DNA from: Trichoplax sp. H2
Taxonomy: Eukaryota
Assembly: GCA_003344405.1 (NCBI GenBank)
Contig: NOWV01000017.1
Location: 1-64,000, forward strand
Direction: 5' to 3'
Length of the DNA stretch: 64,000 nt
Of the stretch, positions 47,501-62,108 are shown piece after piece. The notes beneath the pieces were generated by a model. The model did not search any database, had not been told where the DNA came from, and saw only the letters and a list, made by a program, of their open reading frames with translations. The position numbers and the translations under genes are program-made. Numbering within the stretch: the stretch's first letter is position 1; each line of letters begins with the position of its first letter.

Positions 47501-48154
47501 ATTAATAACTTTTTAAAAATGTTATTATGCTTTAATACCTAATTTACTTAGAAAAAATCTATCAGAGGTGTATTTTGATAATATGATTTATTGTACGCGC
47601 TATAGTGGACTCCTAAAGATAGCTATTCAACTCTGAAGATAAATGGTAATATGGTATAAGCAGAGATTTATTTCCGTTGCTATCGACTGTAGAAAGCAAT
47701 TTGCGCATTGCTAATCATTTTCTGAATTGACGTAGCTCCCTGTGATATTGTCATGAAGTCGCTAATGCGAAAGCTGGATATTTGCGTGCCTCCGTATAAC
47801 TCGTACGTTCATATATGTTGCACGGACTATACTACTGTTGTTGTATTTTTATACACTTAATATAAAGTTATTCCCTAAGCAAGCTAAATGTTGTAGTTAA
47901 AATTTTGTAGGTATTGCGATCCGTTGCAAGCATTGAGCACATCTGTGAAAGAAATGGAAATAGATACTATCAATTCTAAGCAGATCTTTAAGAAAGATAT
48001 GACGACTTCCTGCCTTGATGGCGATATCTTAAATAAAGAATTTCAAGCTATAGTTGATGGTAATGATAGAAAAATTGACATTAAGATACAAACAGTAACT
48101 GCTGGTTGGTATGGAAAAGGTTATTGCAAGAAAAGAAAATATAAAAGAAGATGA
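44530..48154 (+). CDS. SIRT7: NAD-dependent deacylase sirtuin-7, multi-exon
   Basis: Exon 1 at 44530-44793 is a basic helical N-terminus (IRKILLRKAEDRS). The sequence VIYTGAGIST|AAQIPDYR|GPNGVWT includes a 23-nt micro-exon at 46368-46390. Further motifs: [66 protein letters not shown]. The C-terminus GWYGKGYCKKRKYKRR is typical of SIRT7. Confidence 0.95.
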
Positions 48155-48909
48155 TCGCAAAATTTTTGGCCTTCAGTTACGTTTCCTCTACTAGAATTCT
48201 AAGAATTAAAATTGAAAGGATTTAGGTTGCAATTTTAACGGCAACAGTCTGAAGATAATTATAGGTGTTCTCTATTGACTTAGAAACGAAATTGATAGTC
48301 TACTGGTAAAAACTTTTAGTTTGTAAATGCAAAAGTGGTATAAAATAGCCATGAAAACCGAGCTTGCATCGATTAATCTTAATAACGCAAAAAAATCATA
48401 TGGTGACCGTTTTATTATAAGGAGAGACTTTGGCAATCGTTCTACAGTTAAGCAATGAAATACTTGTAAAGGTCAAGTATCGTTGACTTACACGTAATCA
48501 TTTTAAAATAGTCGCAGTTAGATAAACATTTAGTAATGCTTAACATTGTTTATGGTTAACAGACCGAACTTGCCAAAAAAACGTTACTTAAAATCACAAC
48601 AAATATAATCGAATACACCACCACGAATAAGATATGAATGTTATTATTGCAATTGAGTTATTGTCATTTTTGCAATAACGATGTAAAATAAGAAATATAA
48701 TCTACTAAATTAAATTACGATCGAACGACCGTCTGCAAAATAGAAAAGAATTATTTGCAGGTCTGTACGTTGAAGCCCTTTGCTAAACTGGACAATAAAA
48801 TATTCCAGGCAATATTCTTCTATCACATCAAATGAGTGAGCGTACTTCTTCCTTGAAATTTCAACCAGACTTACAGTATAATAGGATCCAACGTAACATT
48901 AAGGGTCTC

Positions 48910-51900
48910 TTACGCTGGCAAGGTTAAATTCTTACCTTTCATGACTATAAAATATCAATGATAATTATGATAATAAATTAGTAATTATAATGGTCACATT
49001 TAAAGATATACTATACGTATGCATGCAAGCATATCTAAAAAGTATAAACAATATTGCTTAATTATCAACGACGTATTTTCTGAAGTAAAATCCTATCAAT
49101 TTACCTCTGGTTATATACAGATAAAAGAAATCACAGTAAAGTCCTGTTTGTACAATTCCAGATAATACTGCTATCCAATCCAAGTGCCCTTCTACGTAGT
49201 ATCTGTAAATCCAATTCAAAATATAAAGCCCCCGATAGGATCCCAAAGCAAACAGATAGTGACTAGTGATCGATTCCGCTTCTCCTGTTTTCGTAATCAT
49301 AAACAATTGTGGTAGAATAGCGACTGCTTCCAAGTAAATGGAAAAGGTCCATAAAATCTAAATATTTTTGGCCAATTAAAATCATATCATTAACACTACA
49401 TTATACATACTTGTGCATGAGTAAAATCTCCAAATTCGCTTTCAAGAAATTTAATTTTTTAATTAACTTTTTTTTCATTTATTAGTTATTCTAAAGTGAC
49501 ACTAGTATTACTGTATTTCTACATTATAGATAAAATTTTTTTCCTCTACTGTACCTCGGTCGCAGAGAATTCATGATTAATTAACAGAGCCAGTATTACT
49601 GAAACAACGATCAATAGTTCAAATCTGAAAGTGTCATGATTTCTATTGTAAGTTGCTTTAAATTTCATGAAAATCAAGTAAATGGTAGCATAGGATGATG
49701 CCAGAAAAAATATTTTCATAGTGGTATTATAAATAGAAACGAAATTGGTGAACAAGTCCAGGTATCTGCAGGTGAATACAGCAGTAAAGAGTAGCTGACT
49801 TTTACCAGATATGCCTAAAGGAAGACAAGTAGCCGATTTTCAAATTAGTAAGCAGTCATTCTTGTTTGTTAATACTCGAATGTTAGTATTAATTTTACAA
49901 TCAAATTGCGAATAATAGTGTGGCAAGACGTATTGTTACATAATGAGCGGAAAAAGCGTGCCATATTATTATAATTTGTAAGAATTAATGCTAACAAATA
50001 ATATGCCAGCAAACCATTAAATCAATGACGATCGCCAGATGGGTCGTTATCATCGGATAAAATATTTCGTACTATTACAGTATACCGAGAACGATTTTCA
50101 GTCTACTATTTTCGCTAAAATCTGGCATTATAATAATTAGAAATCGCCATGTCATCCATATCTATACGCGATGTTGGTAAAATAGTTCAGAAATGAGACA
50201 ACATATCCTACGGGGGTAATGCAGGATATGAATGTGATGATAATGCAATCTGGATAGAATGCTTCAAATTTATAGGTGAGTTTGTGAGATTGCTGTACCA
50301 ATATCATTAGTAATAGCACTACTAATAAAATAACTGAGGGATTATTGTGAATGTCAATGTACTGCATCAAACTGTGAGCAGTGCCAACATTAATGATCCT
50401 AATCCGTACCGCCTAAGGTGCATGAAAGAGAATGAAGGTCATTATACTGTAGATAACACCACAGTAATAATTATTCCTATTCGTGCTAACAGGGTACATC
50501 GGTCCATGTCATAACGCACTGACTGCACTTGGTTTACTGCATCACCAAAAGTACCATACAATCGTTTTGATAACCTCTCCAAGACGAAGGAGCTCAAAAC
50601 TAATAATTAGGACTAATCCCATCCATAGCTTGCATTATAATTCTATAGTATGAAGGCTTAGCAGCAATAAAGAACTAGCAAAAATATCTACTAAGAATAA
50701 TAGACTTCTAAGCGAGTGTCGTATCGAAAATTTCATCTTTTTGTGTCCCCGAGGCCACAAGATGCAAACTGCCTAGACCAGTTGTGAGGCTGAATGCTTT
50801 CCGACATTGATGCAACTTACGGTATACGCGCAATTGATTGCGACCGACTCAAAAATATTCTCAATGATAGTAGATATCGCAAGGTGCTACAGAAAAGTTT
50901 ATGCGTACATCCCGTAGAGTATCTGCACTCGTATATCGACCGTCTGACCGTGAATAAAATATATATTAACTGCTGGTAACATAAATACGCGTATAAGATA
51001 TATAAAAAATACGATATTTACTGCCTAACAAATACAAAGTAACGAGTAGTCGGTAACACTTAACTGCTACAGACCCATTCATTAAAGTTGAGGAAGACAT
51101 TGTTATATCAACGTGTCCATTTGTGCTTTTGCTTATACTGTATACTATTAAAAGGTACAAGAGTCAATTTTCTATAAACGAACATTACACAAAAAGCGTA
51201 CTCAGTTACAGTAAATAAGTAATACTTTATGATAAGGTGATTACGATCAAACTGATATGGCATTGCAAGTCTTCTATTAGACTTTGTATATAGCAGTGTA
51301 AGGAAATTTGACTTGCTCTTCTCGACATCTTTAGTCTACTTTGATACTACAGTAGTGTACAGTAGAGCATAGTAACACATACACATTCACAATGGAACGT
51401 AGTGGGCATGTACAGTACAGTAGTACCAGAATTCTACAGAACTTCTTTGAATATAAAAAAAATGACTGTAGATAAATTTTGATTTCAATATCTTCAATTG
51501 ATTTTGTCGACGAATTGGTAAATCATGTTTCATGACAGAAATTTTCAAAGAATGACTCAACCAAAAGCTTTCATATCCATATATAAACGTTTATACGTAC
51601 ACTGTATTACAGAATAATGAATTAGCAGGCACACTGCGAACTGCGAAGTAATGCACCCCTGTTGGATAGCATCGCCAGTGGTCATTATTTCTCATTCCCA
51701 CTTACTAGTACGAAGGTAAGCAACATTATGAAGGATAATTTCACTGGTTTAGTAGTGTAGAAAAGATCTTTAATTGATTCTACACTTACTTTGACTTTGA
51801 ATTCACTATAAAGACGATTAAAAACTAGCTATGGCACTTAAACCTCAGGTAGTTCCGAAGGAAAGACTACTTTTCATCTGTACGATAACAATCATTGTAA

Positions 51901-52246
51901 ATCTCTGCATTATGTATTGCTATACTGTATTATGCGTTTATCGCCAACGATACCAGAAATAAGGTGAATACAACATTCAAGTAAAAGATAAGTTAATAAC
52001 TTAGCATGATCGAATGGCCAACGAAGACGATGTGAAACCGACATGGCCTACGACAAGCGAAAATATCTTGTCAAAAGGCAGCGAGAACACCCCGCGTCTG
52101 TCCGATACTGTAGTGTGTCCACTGGACACTAGAGTAGACTAGTTGCTGAATTTACCTGAACAGGATCTCGATCTCCAAATTTTGATCAGCAGGATGATAA
52201 TTGCTGCCAAGTGAGACATATCGCCTATCAATCGAAAGACATTCAT
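48910..52246 (-). CDS. KDELR: ER lumen protein-retaining receptor (KDEL receptor/ERD2), 4 coding exons
   Basis: Exons: 52246-52156 [31 protein letters not shown]; 49814-49555 [21 protein letters not shown]...HDTFR; 49357-49105 [17 protein letters not shown]...[26 protein letters not shown]...[12 protein letters not shown]; 48944-48910 [14 protein letters not shown]. Confidence 0.98.
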
Positions 52247-52394
52247 CTTTTCCAATGTTCACTGTGGTCTATCGACTCTAAAATAGAATATTAATAACTA
52301 AATGCTCTCCTCTTTCTCAACAACCACAACCCACAACTTCTTGCTAGAGTGATCGTCTTCACCACTTATTGGACTGACACAGAGACACAGGCAC

Positions 52395-52790
52395 TACGGT
52401 ACTTTCAGTACAGTACGTACTGTCTGTATCGTACTGTAAATTCAGAGTCTTTACTCGTCTCTCTTTACACTGTACAGTACTGTACAGTACACAGTGTACA
52501 GTACAGTACAGTATAACGTACAGTACGTACTGTACTGTACTGTACTGGACTCTCACTACTCACGACGACGGCCAGGTGTACTGTACGTACAGTGTACAGT
52601 ACAGTACAGTACAGTACTGTACTGTATGTCTACCGGCAATACTGTACAGTACAGTACTGTACAGTACTGTACAATTTCAGCGTCAGGCCGTCAGCTGATC
52701 ATAATATACTGTACTGTACAGTATAGTGAGTGGACTGTGTACACTATACAGACAGTATCATGGACAAACAGCAGTCTACAGCTGATAGGA
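52395..52790. repeat. ACAGT/ACTGT palindromic array just upstream of KDELR
   Basis: Long cagta/tactg runs, including the 20-bp perfect palindrome actgtacagtactgtacagt near 52469-52488. Confidence 0.88.
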
Positions 52791-55359
52791 TTTTCTAATA
52801 GAAGAGAAAATTCTTCTAAGAAATCCCTGCTCAAGCGAGAGATAGCACTGCCTTTATTTACTGTACTTTCTCAGCCAGTTCGTCTATTAATTTTGCAAAG
52901 ACTTTCGACCAACTTTATTTACTGCATGCACAGTAAATGCTACGGATAATACACTATAGAATAGTTGTAAGTACTTTCATTATTTCCACCGACTCCAGTT
53001 TTAATTTCTCACTCTGTACAGTAAATGGTAGTCTCCTGGAAACTTCTGTCGCTTAGCACAGGCAGTTAGCGACTTACAAAAATTTCTTCCTCAGTAAATG
53101 TAGTTTAATTTATTGTCATTTTATTCGATCACCAATTCCAAACACAATTATAAACCTCATCTGATTAAGGTTAAGACAGACTTTTACTATACTGGATGGA
53201 CAGATCAACTGTCGACGATGCGCGATGCCTAGAATCTGCCAAACAGAAATTGCCACGTCAGTATTCAGAAAAGCCTTTTGTAGAACTTTCTTCAAACAGT
53301 ACAGTACAGTATTAAGGGTCTCTACTGTACGGTGTACAATACTGTACTAGGACCATTTAGCCCTACTGTAAAACAGAATGCATCGAATTCGTTGCACCGT
53401 ACAGTGTACAGTACACTCAGTGCACAGCATACTGTACGTACTGGACTGTACATTGTATAATAGTGCTGTACTTGGTAAGTAGCAAATCGATCAAAACACC
53501 GTTGAATTAGAAATTCAGAAACTTTATTTTATTTTATTAATTCGAAATTACGATTGGATTGCACATCTCGTTGCAATAACTAGAAAATGAACGTTAACCA
53601 CATTAGAAAGTTGCATAAATTACGATATAGAAATTGAATAGAGAAATCTATTATTACCAATAGATCACTCCGATAAAATGAAATACCGTACAAAAATGTA
53701 ATCTTAATTACTTCAATAGCGTACTCGTATACTGTATATTCTTATACAACTGTAATGTAAGTGTTGCTGCGAGTATGATACACAGCTCATCTATAATTCA
53801 TCGTCAATGTGCTTCTTACGCTTAGCTTTTACTGTAAGCGCACTGATGGTAGCGCGAATTTTCGATAAACCATTCCATGCATTAACTTATTGTAAACCTT
53901 CGGTCGAACAATATTTATTACATACTCTACCTATACTGTACAACGAGTTCGATGCATTCCGTATATTGTCAATGGGCTCCCTCGGGCTCTCCTGTGGTAT
54001 AATTCCAATGAATAACCAATAACATTTGCTATTACACAATTTGTCCTTACACAATTTTTTTAATAAACTATTGTGTCTTCCTTTCTAAGATGATGCGATT
54101 TATATGAATATGTAGTACTCAGTATAAAGGGATTATCATACTTACTCGCGCATATCTGAGCAACATGAGTTAAACGAAGATAATTCTCTTTCCTCAGATT
54201 TTCATTCCAATTTATGGAAGAAGCTATATACTAAACAGCCTTGCTGGTAGTGAATAAAATTCATACTAGCTAATGTAACCATAACCACCATCTAATCACT
54301 GATTCTATAAAATCTTAATCATAATATAATTAGACAATATAACTATAGGATTGCGATATTATTGTTATACCATAGCAATATAATAATACAAAAATTCTGA
54401 AATATTATCTTTAAGTCAACCAATCACGTAATAACTCATATGCATTGTCGATACTACAGTAAGCGCAATACAAGCAGACAGTGCCTTGTAATAGCGATAT
54501 AGCGTACGAGTGTAAATGCTACATATATAGTAATACGTATGTGATAGTTTTGTAAAACTCTCTTGAAACATCTAGCATTCTCTATGTGTAATAAGACTTC
54601 TATTGTACTATGTAGTATAATCGAATCGTGCCTTTTCTATAGTTCAAACCTAAAACGACAATATTCCACCATGATTACTGTCACTGGTCAGCACAGTATG
54701 CCTAACTCGTACGCAAACTACTAAAATGACTAGATAATACTACACTGTAGGTCATATAGCTCCGAATCATCTAACAAATACACATACTACTGAGACCCAA
54801 CAATGATCCTGATCCATATTTATTCATAAGAAGCAGTCACAGTGCTATATTTGCGGAGAAGTTGGATCAGGTAATTTCGATCATCACCTCACCTGGATCC
54901 ATAAAATAGGATACCTATATTACTCATTTTATGAGCTCTTTATAATAATTAAAGTGCAATGCCACGAAGGTAAATGTCCTATCTGACGTCAGTAATTCCA
55001 GATCAGACAACAGTGAGAACGTGAGAAGACGGCTATACAGTAGAATCGTATGGGCGTGCAAATTTAAAATATAGCCTTCAGTCATCCTTTTCAATACGGC
55101 TTACAATGATATATTGTGTTTACTTGAAGCTATTGTTTCAATTCCTACGTAAATCATAGGACTATGGTTTTATGTTCACAAATTGCACTGTTGTTTACGC
55201 TACCTTCATCCTAAATTATTGAGCATAATAAATAATCTAACAAGTAGTTAATTACTACAGTAATTATCGACTATATAAGTCATAGACGTAATTCAGTCAT
55301 ACTGGATGCATTATCATAAATTTATCAATCTCCAGGTAGAGTAATAAACGATCTTCATA

Positions 55360-56320
55360 ATGCCGAGAAAACCTTGTTATCCATATTGGCTTGAAGAAAA
55401 GCCGCAAAATGAATTGGAAAGTCTAGAAAAAAGATTTACTTTAGATTGTGTTTCTGTCAGCTCTTTATCAAGTGGGACAAGTAAAATCTATCCCAAACCA
55501 TTCTCTGTAATACCACCATATAACGCACAAAAGGACAAACATGCCAAAACCTACTTCCGATCCAAAGGGACTCAAAAGATTATTAGAAATAGCGATCAAG
55601 TAAGGCTCATGTATATGATACAATAATACACATCAATAACGGTTGAAAATAGTTGATCTAATACAACAAATTTCTAAGAAAAGCTCGTAATCACGAATAT
55701 CACTTTCTGCTAACATTTACGGTATAACCACTTTGCATTATTTCGTCTCAATACGGCATAGGACTTCATTCACGATATTACTTGTCAGTCTACGGTATGC
55801 TTTTTAATCAATCCTATCCTATAATGTGTATTATAGATAAATGGTGGCTGTTCAATCAACGGTAAAATTGCAGATCGGTTGAACGAAACAAGCTTACCAG
55901 CTATATATATCAAAACTCGTAACAAAGCTGGATGCGGTAAGAAATAACAATTACAGAAGTATGTATTTATAATTCTTGGCATAATTAAACTTATATTATT
56001 AACACAGGTTATTCAAGAGAAACAGTAAGTGGTCATGCAAGATTCATGAGTAATGTCCCTCCAATTGTTGGTTGGAACGGCGAATTCGGATTTCGTAGAA
56101 ATACTCCAGATCTCCTGAAGCATCCATCAGTTTTTGGTAAGTAGCCGCAAATCTAATTCGACAATTTAAAGTTAGTAAAGTTTAGGTTCAAGGCAAATTT
56201 TATTTTATTTCATGCCAAATAAAATTTACACTAGATACAGTATATGCCAAATTAATGCCTGTTTTCTTAAATACCCTAATTACAGATCACGTAACTCGCC
56301 CCGGCACAACACCATTCTAA
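55360..56320 (+). CDS. C17orf98: C17orf98/SPMAP1-like ciliary/sperm microtubule-associated protein, 4 exons
   Basis: Exon 1 at 55360-55599 reads LEKRFTLDCVSVS...SVIPPYNAQKDKHAKTYF, close to recalled human LEKGFILDGVAVS...SAIPPYNAQQDYHARSYF. Exon 3 reads VSGHARF...GWNGEFGFRRNTPDL...SVF. TAA at 56318-56320. Confidence 0.85.
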
Positions 56321-58974
56321 AATTATAAATCGAATTAAAAAGCAGCTGATTGATAACTATTTTATTCGCTGCACTGCACTGTTTATATGAATTGAATCTT
56401 TATAGCCATGTTCTAAAGCTTATTGTGAGCCATATTTTTAGTACCTGTTGATACATCGTGGTAAAAATAGTTGACAAACATTTATCTCATCTTCTAGGTA
56501 ACTCGTGAAACATTATTTTATAATATTTACTACTGATAGAAGTGTCAGTATGCACCTGATCATTCTGATAGCTCTATAATTTTTAATTAGTTGTGCAGTA
56601 TAGAAATTAAGAATTTCATTTGATGCTATACCTAGGACAATGACTTCTCTAGAGTTTTTCTCTTAGAAGCCCCTGCCTAGGACAGTAAAATATATCAATC
56701 ATCTTCTACCAGTACAGTATGAATTAATCCTACGAATTTATTTTGTCATACTCTTTACTGAATATAAGATCATCTTTGATTTGAACCTTGCTTGACTACC
56801 GACTAATCAATTACAATTTCTTGTCCTTGTTATTGATAGTGCTATATTCAAACAATAAACTAAGTTATTGCAATCAAGCCTTATAAAGGCAGGTATATTT
56901 AACTTTGCTATCTGTAGCATTGTAGCTTATAGATTTTCAGTTTTATTGCTCATTATCATCCAGAAACATCAAATATCATCAATATACTTTATAATTTACA
57001 AGTTATTCTTTAATTAATGGACCGTGCAGAGATGAGTCACAAGCTGGCTGCTTGTCAACTATGAAGCGTGGTGCCCTTGGCAACGCGATGAACGCTCATA
57101 CTAATGTACTGGAATAAGTTGACATTGGACTTGTGTAGTGTTACTTATAATACTGTACAGTACTATATAATACTGTACTGTATAGTATAATTATATTATT
57201 GTACGGTACTGTACCCGAAAGCTAACGAACTTATCGTACCATATACTGTAGAGCAGTGTACCCACCACAGTACAGTACAGTACGGTATATTGTATGAACC
57301 AGGGATTATCCTGAAAGCCATAGAGGCAAACAGTCCGTTTGTGATTTTTGACATAATATTTAAATAAAGTAAATACGATAGTATGAAGAGCTAATTCTTT
57401 TACTTAGCTGTAAATTTGAGGGAAAAGACGACTATTACTGAATAGAAGGGCTTGATTCTTAACATAATATTTTCCCCCTCCGCGTCCTCGTAATAAACGA
57501 GGTATAAAATCTTTGCAGTTTTTCATGGAATCATGTTTAAAACTTGCGTCGACAGCCGCCGGTTTACATATAGTAATATATTATCACGCATTGATCTTAT
57601 AGTAAAGATATTGTGTATACCTATGAAAGAACCATAATTATTTAGGGTTACGGGCATTTATAAGCTTGCTCCAATAAAATAATATATAATTAATTGATTA
57701 CTCACAGTAGGTAGGTTTCAGTAAAAGTGTGGGATCATGCAGTTTTTATTACTATATTCTTATAAAGACATACAGTGCATACTTATTAAATATAATTATC
57801 TAAACAGAAACTGAGTACTGTACTAACTAGTACTAACTGTACAATCTACGCTTACAGTACTATACCTACCATGGACACTACACTAAAATTCGTAATCTAG
57901 GCGATGATAATATAATTATGAAAGGTACAGAGTACTGTAGATAATTTGTATTGCTGTAACATTATACAGTAATTATTAGTAAAATACGAAAGTTTAACTC
58001 AAGACTACGATAAAAAAACGACTTCCATACTTTTAATCGTTTCCATTTATCTATGTATCGTTATGTCATGGACCACTAAACTCACCTGTGAATTTAGTAG
58101 TCCATAGTTACGTACATTGATTTATGTACGATTATTATGCATGCACCATCACACAGTCAAATATATCTCCCTTAGGCTTGAGTATAACGTGCTCTTTATT
58201 TCATGCATATTATTCTTCTCGCCCAGCTAATGATAGAATCGTATTTTAAAGCAGCCAATTAGATAGATATAGATAGATTTAATTATCTAAATAAAAACAG
58301 GCTACAATACTGTACAGTACTGAACAATGTAATGGAGCATGACTGCAGATATTATATACTGCACTACGTTATATTTGTTAGATTGTACGATGTAATACTA
58401 TATATAAATTCACTGTTATACAAACTTGTAATTATAACGCGTTGTAAGTGTGAACGGCGTACGTATATAAGCCGCCGCTTTTCAATACAATAAAGAGAGA
58501 ATAGGAGTTAGTAGGTAGCAGTTATAGTTTTGCAATAACTTCAACTACTCGTACAATCTCTTGTCTCCCATGCTAATCGAGAGTAGTACGAAGAGCTTCA
58601 ATACGGTTGACAACTAGTATTAACTGTAGATAGTCTCACCGTCTCTAAGGTCTTTACTGTACAGTACAGGGTGTGTGGAAAGTCATTTGAGATTTCTAAG
58701 TGTAATATCAGGATATTTTCCAATGATTTTCCACACATTTTTGTTGTAATCGCAAAGAGTAAAGCTTATCATTTTTCATAGTAATAGCTGTGTACAGTAC
58801 GTAGAGCATACTGTGCACTGCGTACTGTACACTGTACACTGTACAGTAGACCATCAGGCCATACATGGATCCGACTACTGCTTAGTGGAGGCTACATCAT
58901 TTACAGTAAGCTCGTGCAGTTATTATTTTCGGTCATTTCAGTCAGTTCTGTACCAGGAAATCCAGAATGTAGCG

Positions 58975-60054
58975 ATGGAAACTGATCGAAGAACACGCAA
59001 TCGAAAAATTTTCGGTTATATAGCTGTAGGTACATGCGGCGCCATAGCTACAGCTGTCTGCATGATAAGCTGGCCTTTTATAACACCAGCTTTCCGCCGA
59101 TACTGTTTGCCTTACGTTCCAGCAACAACTGAGCAGGTCTCTATCGTACTCAAGTTATGTCGTCCCGGTCGCCTAGTAGACCTTGGTAGTGGCGATGGCC
59201 GAATTGTAAGCTCTAATGTTAATTGTTCAGTTTACAGTAGTTTACCAATTTTAAAGCGGCTTAAACTTCAGTGACCAATAAGCAATTAAGCATTTATCCT
59301 ACATCTAAACGAGAATCAAATCATATCGATAACGAACTAAATTGGCGTTGCAGGTTATAGCAGCAGCTCGCGAAGGACACCAAGCATTTGGATATGAGTT
59401 AAACCGGTGGCTAGTGTTATATTCTAAAATTAAAGCGAGAATGGAGGGTATGCACACTAAAACCTTATTTCGTACTGCAGATTTATGGAAGGTAAATGTT
59501 TATACTGCATTCTGCTCCGTTATCGTTTCGTTACCTACCTGGATTAAATTTTCATTGTTATGATTATGATCTGTAATGTTTGCAACTCTTTATTTTGAAT
59601 TCAGATAGATTTATCGACATACGACAACATTGTCATATTTGGCGTTCCCAGTATGGTAGGAATCACTACGAAAAATTCTAGTATCCATAAACTAATATAT
59701 GTACCAAGTTGTGCAATCATTTACTTGCTTATCATTATAGATTTCCAACAATTTGCTTTTATACTTAATACAAGACAGCGAAATCATCTTACTATATTAT
59801 TAAATATTACATGTGATATCACTACTCTATAATTTCTTATTTAATTTTGGTAGATGAAAGATTTAGAGAAAAAAATCAAGTCTGAGATGCACCCTAGAAG
59901 CCATGTAATAGCATGTAGATTCTGTTTTCCCTCGTGGGATCCGGTAGATATTATAGAAGGGGATAGCTGCACAGCTTGGTTATACAAAAGTAAAAGATGT
60001 AAAGATGATGTAAAAAGTAAAGTAAAAGATGACAGCAAAAAATTATGTGATTGA
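58975..60054 (+). CDS. ATPSCKMT: FAM173-family mitochondrial lysine methyltransferase (ATPSCKMT/FAM173B-like), 4 exons
   Basis: N-terminal TM segment, then [18 protein letters not shown] and SAM motif [12 protein letters not shown]. Further motifs: [42 protein letters not shown]. Exons at about 58975-59205, 59354-59491, 59605-59655 and 59854-60054. Confidence 0.9.
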
Positions 60055-62108
60055 GAATATTTTTGCCGTTTGGTATAGTGCAGTACTAAGATTATTGCAA
60101 CTCACTCTAACAAAATTGTCTGACTATACAAATCTGATATAAATAATGCATCTAGGTCCGTAGATATTATCCGAAGATCGAATTTATGAAATATGGTCAG
60201 AACTAAATGTGATTCGCCTTAATAATATCTATATAATTATCTTACTCCTATAATAGTCGGCTATCAGAACTGAAGTATGTGGTAGTTCTGGCTGCTACGT
60301 ATTTTGGTAAAAGTGTCAGCAAACATTGCTACAACTAAATATTTCATGCTGTAGATAACTTTTTCGTATACAGTATTGCCGTACTCGAAATTATAACATA
60401 CGCAAAAATTACGCATCCATGTCAATTGCATCACTAAAATTAAAGATTCTTGCCATATCTTAATAATTAACTGTACACTAAATTAATTAATATTTAAATT
60501 TTGAGTAAGTACAGGACATCAATACGTATAATTGAAATAAAATTGATACGACCCTATTGATGTCTTAAATTTTACTATTGCCTCTAAAATATGATCGTAA
60601 TTGTTATCAAAAATACATAATCCAGCATACTAATCTTATTTTACTATGTTGTACAATACGTATCTGAATATCATATGATTGGTTAATCGCAAGATACAAA
60701 TTACTTGTCGAAAGAAGTTACCTATTCTTTATTAACGTATCTACAGAATGAATCCTATGCGACTAGATTAAAATGTTGTATACCAAAAAATGTTTGATAA
60801 TAATCTGGCAATGGCTGGCTACATATACTATTAATCAAGAACTGTCATCAGCGAATAAGAATAACGCATCCAGTGAAGCCAACTTAAATACAAAAATTGT
60901 GCATAAAAATATTACTTAAGACCTTTAAATTCAAGCTGTCTCAAATTATTCTTATTTAGTTGAAGCCTCATTCTTTCAGTTTTACCCTTTATAGTTAATA
61001 AAGCCTATTCATTGCTACTCTTATCTTAGACTAACGTACTATTACCAGCCAATTAAATGTCAACAAATTTTCAGCTGGATCATTCGATGGCCATACATTA
61101 TTCAGTATATAAAACATATCATTCGTGCCTTAATACGTACATTACTTAGTAATTAAATTATACGCCTATGTGAAAATAGGACTTGGGTATCCAATTTTAT
61201 ATTTTTGTATACAGTACTGCATTGATCGCGGTTGCTGTACCTATTAAAAATAGCTATATTCTTAACATCTCAAACGCTGCTAAGTCTAAATATGATCAAT
61301 TAAACTCGTACGTTTTCACCGCTATAGTGCGCTTCCATAGTATTCTCTCCCTAACGGCCATCAATTTTAAATGTCAGACATGTTCTATGTAAGCAAAATA
61401 TATAATTTACAAGTATATTATATAATGCATAATGGACGCATATTTATGTGTATACTAGCTATTCTTTATTAATATCGCTTGGTACAGTAATTCCTTTGCC
61501 CACAAAGAGGAACCACGCGTTCTAAATAAACCAATTAATCTTCAATAACTGACTTATTTAGCAGTACATGATTATATTGATCATTAACCGTTGTCAATAT
61601 ACTGCAACAAGTACTCTGTAATAAGTATTCCTGTGTCGATAAGAATACTTTCTGACCTCTATCAGTTTCAGCTTCGAAAGACTTTTAACAGCAGCATAAT
61701 CGGTTCTAATTGCTGTACCCGCCGCCGGCAATTGAATGTGGTGATTCCCGTCGTTCCATTCGGTCTTTAGTGTAAAAGCTATTCCGGGAGGACGCTTGCG
61801 CAATCATTGCTTTCATAGGCATTTTTTAACCGTATCTTAGAGATAACTTACAGTTAGTAGCCATAATCGGTTGGTTATATGTTCATAGTTATATCATAAT
61901 TCAGAGAAGATCATAGAGTAATTCTATATCATACTTTACACTATATCCCTTCGATAATAGAAAAAATTCATCAATTTTACTTTACTTAATTCTATCAATA
62001 AGGGATAAATTGGATATTTTTCCTCCTTTCGTTAACGTTGTTTAACACAAACTACGGTATTCCATCATTATACGAGATACAAGCATTATTACTCGCAATT
62101 CAAAAAAT

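Noticed and set aside
49815-52155. Nested gene in the 2.3-kb KDELR intron 1
   Set aside because: Only short ORFs with no recognisable domains.
52555-52576. acgacggccag resembling the M13 forward primer site
   Set aside because: Only about 11 nt match and there is no flanking vector sequence.
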